From Bradymonadia bacterium (GTDB lineage Bacteria; Myxococcota_A; Bradymonadia; UBA7976; UBA1532), in the NCBI GenBank assembly GCA_046290225.1, contig JBKAGE010000077.1, forward strand, positions 1-64,000: 64,000 bases of DNA, given 5' to 3'. Within the stretch, counting starts at the first letter, position 1. Every line of letters starts with the position of its first letter. A program made the translations under genes and the position numbers. A model generated the notes under the pieces. It saw nothing but the letters and a program-made list of their open reading frames with translations. It searched no databases and had not been told where the DNA came from. Positions 59,573-64,000 of the stretch are shown piece by piece.

Positions 59573-60501
59573 TCATGCTCGCCGCTGTATTGTTTCTGGC
59601 TCAGGGGGCCCCTGCGCCCAAATACACCGTCGGCGACACGATGACGGTCCGCTCTACGGTGACCAGCCACATGCGCATGACCGGTGGCCCGCTCCCCGAG
59701 CTCGACATTCACCACACCGAGGTGGAGATCAGCACCGAGAAAGTGCTCTCTGTCGGCCCCGAGGGGGCCTGGCTCGAGATCACGCTCCAGTCCATGACTG
59801 ACAGCACGACGGGAGACGGTCAGACGAAGAAGACCGCGGCCTCTGCAGACAGCTCGATGGATCACCTCAAGGCTCAAGTGGAGATCTCCTCGGTGACGCG
59901 ACGCCAGCTGGCGGTCCTCGGGATCCCGGCCCACATCCTGGTGGGCCCACTGGGCAGGGTGAAGGCGGTCAAATTGCCCGAGGGCAGCGAAGCGGCCATC
60001 AACGCTCGCTACGCCGCTCTGGCCCCCGCCTCAGAGGCCGAGCCTCCCCCTGTGGACGACCACCCCCTCACCCGCATGCGGGATGCGACCACGTGGCAGC
60101 ACGGTCGAGCGTTCCGCACCGCCGAGATCGACGCTGACGGGCGCTGGACCACCGAAGAGCTGCGGCCCTCGATGTTCAAGGGCAAGGTGAAGCAGCAGCG
60201 CACCTACACCCCCGCAGGCACCAAGTCAGCCATACAGACGTTCACCATCAGCGGCACCGGGGCGCTCACCGACTCGATGATGCTGGCCCTCATGGTCACC
60301 GTGGACCAGTTCAAGATCGAAGGCAGCGCGCTCTATGACACACAGCGTCAACGCTGGGACACCATGGACGAGCGCTGGCAGATCAAAGCCACCCTCCGCG
60401 CCCCCAACCCCGAGAAGAAGCAGCGGGTCGACCCCATGGTGATCACCCGCACCGTGGAGATGAACACGCACACCGTGCGGCACATATTGCCCAACCCATG
60501 A
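59569..60501 (+). CDS. Hypothetical secreted beta-rich protein
   Basis: Signal peptide, Thr/strand-rich sequence, ATGA-coupled on both sides. Confidence 0.6.
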   Translation: MIMLAAVLFLAQGAPAPKYTVGDTMTVRSTVTSHMRMTGGPLPELDIHHTEVEISTEKVLSVGPEGAWLEITLQSMTDSTTGDGQTKKTAASADSSMDHLKAQVEISSVTRRQLAVLGIPAHILVGPLGRVKAVKLPEGSEAAINARYAALAPASEAEPPPVDDHPLTRMRDATTWQHGRAFRTAEIDADGRWTTEELRPSMFKGKVKQQRTYTPAGTKSAIQTFTISGTGALTDSMMLALMVTVDQFKIEGSALYDTQRQRWDTMDERWQIKATLRAPNPEKKQRVDPMVITRTVEMNTHTVRHILPNP

Positions 60502-61835
60502 CCACCCCACCGGCGCTGTTGACGCTCGCGCTCCAGAGCGCGCTCTTCGCGGTGCTCACCAATGGTTACCGCGTCGTCGACCAATACTGGATCCAGGACG
60601 TCTCGGTCGAAGCTCAAGGGGCCGTGGGGGCGTCGTTCTTCGTCATCATCCTCTACTACGCCGCCTTCGAGCTGATCGCCGCGGGCACCAGCCCGCTCAT
60701 CGCCCGAGCCACGGGGGCAGGAGACGCAGATCTACGCCGCCGGTTGCTCGGCCAGGGCCTCTTCGGCGTACTGGTCATGGCGGTGTTGATCATGGTCGCC
60801 GGCCTGCTGCTGGCCCCACACCTCGCCGGCGCCCTGGGGCTCACGGGGGAGACCGCCCGACAGTGCACGCTCTATCTGCGCACGCTGTCGCTCACGGTGT
60901 TGCCCATCGCGGCGACTCCGCTGGTGGATCAGACCTTCGTGAGCATGGGCCTGCCCCGAGCGCCCATGACGTTCCACGCCATCGCCCTCACGGTGAACGT
61001 GGTGCTGTCACCGGCCCTCATCTTCGGCCTCGACTGGGGCATCGTCGGCGCCGCGGTGGCCTCGACGCTCTCGTATGCGTCGACCTCGGGTATGGGCCTG
61101 ATTCTGCTCCGGCGCCTCACGGGCCTGAGCCTCGCCGATGTACGCCCGGGGCCCGAGCTGCGACAGATTCTGAAGATCGGCGGCCCCATCGCTTTGGGCA
61201 CGGCCCTCTACACGCTGGTGTACTGGGGCATGCTCAAGACCTCGATCTCACCTCTGGGCCCTGAGGTGAACGCCGCCCTGGGCATCGGCTTCTCCGCCCT
61301 GGAAGGGGTGTCCTGGCCTCTCACCCACGGCCTGGCCCTGGCCACGGCGGCCCTCGTGGGGCAGCACCTCGGCGCCGGCGACGTCGACGCGGCGAAAGCC
61401 CTGGTGCGCAAGACAGTGGTCATGAGCACCGCCTTGGGGCTGTTCATCAGCGCGGCGTTCTATTTCGGCGCCGGACCACTCACGGGCCTGTTCACCGACG
61501 AATCGGCAGTGCACCTGGAGGCGATTGTCTATGCCGAGGTGCTGGCGGCGTCGCAGCTCTTCGTGGCGTGGGAGTCCCTCTTCGAGGGGGTGCTCTCCGG
61601 GGCAGGGCACACCCGGGTGGTGTTCGTGTGGTCGGCGCCGCTCAATATTCTGCGGGTGCCCCTGGCCTGGTGGCTGGCTCACCCGTTGGGCTGGGGGGCG
61701 CCTGGGGTCTGGTGGGCCATCAACTTCACCACGTGGGTGAAGGCCATCGGCAAAGGATGGGCGGTGCGCAAAGGCGGATGGGCCACAGTGGGACTTTCTC
61801 CCATGAAGGCACACACAGAGACACAAGCGCCGTAG
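60498..61835 (+). CDS. MATE/MOP family transporter
   Basis: About 12 TM segments, IARATGAGD, NVVLSPALIFGL.WGIVGAAVAS, VGQHLGAG. Confidence 0.88.
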   Translation: MTTPPALLTLALQSALFAVLTNGYRVVDQYWIQDVSVEAQGAVGASFFVIILYYAAFELIAAGTSPLIARATGAGDADLRRRLLGQGLFGVLVMAVLIMVAGLLLAPHLAGALGLTGETARQCTLYLRTLSLTVLPIAATPLVDQTFVSMGLPRAPMTFHAIALTVNVVLSPALIFGLDWGIVGAAVASTLSYASTSGMGLILLRRLTGLSLADVRPGPELRQILKIGGPIALGTALYTLVYWGMLKTSISPLGPEVNAALGIGFSALEGVSWPLTHGLALATAALVGQHLGAGDVDAAKALVRKTVVMSTALGLFISAAFYFGAGPLTGLFTDESAVHLEAIVYAEVLAASQLFVAWESLFEGVLSGAGHTRVVFVWSAPLNILRVPLAWWLAHPLGWGAPGVWWAINFTTWVKAIGKGWAVRKGGWATVGLSPMKAHTETQAP

Positions 61836-61928
61836 TCACCTGACTCACCCCCTCAGCATCGACGCCCTTGATCTCCCTCACCTTCAGGGGTGAAGGTCTT
61901 CCCAACACCACCGCTCCCCACAGGACAT

Positions 61929-62729
61929 ATGTCGGCGCTGGACATCGGCATCACCACCATCGAAGACGCCACCTTCCTCAAGCTCAGCGGGGTGATCGAC
62001 GAGGACAACACCCTCGCCGGCAGCTTGAAGAAGATCACCGGCCGCACCGTGATCCTCGATCTCGCCAAGGTCGTGCGCATCAACAGCTGCGGCGTGCGGG
62101 ATTGGGTCAACTGGCTCAACGATCTCGAATCGCGAGGCAAGCAAGTGGTGCTCGTGCGGTGCAGTCCGTGCATCGTCAATCAGATCAACATGGTGCACAA
62201 CTTCACCGGTGGCGGCATGGTGAAGAGCTTCTTCGCCCCCTACTACTGCCCGAAGTGCGATCGCGAAGATCAGCGTCTGCTGCGCATCGAAGAGTTCGCC
62301 GGTCAGGCCACCCCCAAGGCCCCCGCCCATCGCGGCGCCCACTGTGAGGGGGTACAGAACGGCACCTGCGCCATGGAGTTCGACGACATCGAGGCGTCGT
62401 ACTTCGCCTTCTTGCCCCACAACCTCGGCAAGGTGGTGGATCCGCGGCTCGACCAGCTGCTGCAGAGCGTGAGCCCCGACCTGCGGGCTCGAATTCAGAA
62501 GCTCGACGAGGTGCGCCGCGAGTCCGACGGAGGTCGGGGATCCCTCTCGGCACAATACTCCCCGCTTACGGTGACCCAGACGGGCATCCAGGCCATCGGC
62601 CCCGAGCCTGAAGAGACCACGCCCGCCGAGCCTGAGAAGCGGCGCTCGGGCTTGATGCCTCTCATGATCATCGCCGCCAGCCTCATCGCTGGCATCATCG
62701 CCTACGTCGTCACGGTGGTGGGCGAATGA
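61929..62729 (+). CDS. STAS-like domain protein with Cys cluster and C-terminal TM anchor
   Basis: LSGVIDED, LDLAKVVRINSCGVRDW, YYCPKC, C-terminal hydrophobic helix. Confidence 0.8.
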   Translation: MSALDIGITTIEDATFLKLSGVIDEDNTLAGSLKKITGRTVILDLAKVVRINSCGVRDWVNWLNDLESRGKQVVLVRCSPCIVNQINMVHNFTGGGMVKSFFAPYYCPKCDREDQRLLRIEEFAGQATPKAPAHRGAHCEGVQNGTCAMEFDDIEASYFAFLPHNLGKVVDPRLDQLLQSVSPDLRARIQKLDEVRRESDGGRGSLSAQYSPLTVTQTGIQAIGPEPEETTPAEPEKRRSGLMPLMIIAASLIAGIIAYVVTVVGE

Positions 62730-63262
62730 GCGAGACGAGCCCCCTACACGCCCTCGGCGCCGCCCTGCTGGACGCCGCCCTCGTCATCGACGGTGAGCAG
62801 AAGGTGGTGGAGTTCAACGGCCACTACCGCGCGCTGTTGCCGCGGCACCTCGCGCGCAAGCTGCCCGGCAGCCAGTGTTGCCAGCTGTTGAGGTTGAGCC
62901 TCTGCGGGCACGATCGGGGTGAGTGCCTCGCGCAGCGATGCGCCCGTGAAGCGCGGCCGCTGCGATATGACGAGATCAACGCTCAGGTCGATCCGGACGG
63001 TGACGGCCACGGAGACACCCTCACCGTCATCGCCAGCGCTGCCCCTCTGGAAGACGGCCGGACCATGCTGATGTTGCGAGATGTGTCCGACACCGCGGCC
63101 ATGCAGCGAAAATACAAAGAGATGCTCGATGCCGCAGATCGCGCCCAGGAGAAGCTCCAGGCCAGCTTGAACCGCAAGACCCAGGAGCTGATGGACGCCA
63201 ACACCGAGCTGAATCGCGTGCAGCAGGAGTTGATGCACCACAAGAAGGGGTTGTTCGGGTGA
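62726..63262 (+). CDS. PAS-domain protein with coiled-coil tail
   Basis: DAALVID...VVEFN...LMLRDVS, followed by a heptad-rich helix. Confidence 0.7.
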   Translation: MSETSPLHALGAALLDAALVIDGEQKVVEFNGHYRALLPRHLARKLPGSQCCQLLRLSLCGHDRGECLAQRCAREARPLRYDEINAQVDPDGDGHGDTLTVIASAAPLEDGRTMLMLRDVSDTAAMQRKYKEMLDAADRAQEKLQASLNRKTQELMDANTELNRVQQELMHHKKGLFG

Positions 63263-64000
63263 ACTGGCTGTCGAGCCTGCCGATCCGGGTGAAGATGATC
63301 GGCACCACCACCCTGCTGTTGTTGTTCACCGTGGGCCTCTACGGCCTCATGAACATCCAGGATCTGGGCAAGGTCTTCGACGCCTCCCGGGCGGAGCAGG
63401 AGGGGGCGGTCCTCACCGCCGCCGCCGCCGACGCCCAGAACCTCACCGGCGCCGTGGCCCAGATCAGCGCCATCCAGATCGCCGCCACGGCCTACGGTGA
63501 TCTCAAGGCCCTCGCGGAGACCCTGCGCCGCCAGGAGCCCCGCCTCGCCTTCGTGCACATCACCGACGGCACCAGCCCCGTGGTCTCCGAAGGCGATCGC
63601 GCCAGCGCCCTCAAAGGCCTCACCCCTGTGGAAGGGCACCCCGGCGAGATCTTCGCAGCTGAGGGGGTGACGCTTCTGGGTCAGGGTGGAGAGCCTGCTC
63701 TGATCCGCATCACCCGGCCCATCAAGGGCCAGGGTACCGAGAAGATCGGGCAAGTCGACACCGGCTGGTCGGTGACGCCCCTGCTCACCCGGCAGGCCCA
63801 GATCGCCGACCGCATCGAAGGCCGCAGAGAGACCAGCATCTTCAACGCCCTCTTCATCGGCGGCCTCGTGGTGCTGCTCGGAGTGGTGCTCAGCGTGATT
63901 CAGGGGCTGGCCATCAGCCGGCCCATTCGGGAGCTCACCGAGAGCGTCGAGCGCCTCGCCCACGGTGATCTCGGCGAGCGTGCGGCGGTCCGGGGCGGCG
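63259..64000 (+). CDS. Membrane sensor with HAMP domain (partial, runs off the window)
   Basis: GTGA overlap, two TM segments, ISRPIRELTESVERLAHGDL HAMP start. Open to the window end. Confidence 0.8.
   Translation, partial: MNWLSSLPIRVKMIGTTTLLLLFTVGLYGLMNIQDLGKVFDASRAEQEGAVLTAAAADAQNLTGAVAQISAIQIAATAYGDLKALAETLRRQEPRLAFVHITDGTSPVVSEGDRASALKGLTPVEGHPGEIFAAEGVTLLGQGGEPALIRITRPIKGQGTEKIGQVDTGWSVTPLLTRQAQIADRIEGRRETSIFNALFIGGLVVLLGVVLSVIQGLAISRPIRELTESVERLAHGDLGERAAVRGG

Overview
This is a GC-rich, gene-dense bacterial window with about 55 CDS and no rRNA, intact tRNA, CRISPR array, transposase or integrase. A Myxococcota/Bradymonadia-like host is inferred from GKAD-motif and Gly-rich lipoproteins, TSP3 repeats, an FHA-TM-TPR protein, sigma54 promoter boxes and a DUF1501 cluster. 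Recognisable genes include sahR-like/ahcY, pgi, cnoX-like, ung, sfsA, miaE and xdhC/mocA-like. The most unusual locus is a minus-strand four-gene unit at 43022-48280. Its lead gene encodes a 1030-aa DUF4157 (eCIS cargo-type) protein with five exactly periodic 63-aa annexin-like repeats, two tandem beta-rich modules and a C-terminal HExxH zincin. It is followed by three translationally coupled genes: an unknown protein, a protein with an ABBA prenyltransferase-like strand pattern, and a CpXC protein. Notable non-coding structure includes a perfect 167-bp-arm inverted-repeat element (39666-40243), a GTAG/REP-like family with covarying hairpins (18778-18979, 32561-32615) and a 12-bp direct repeat bracketing a 14-nt tandem array after ahcY. 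All family assignments come from motif recognition by eye. No database search was run.
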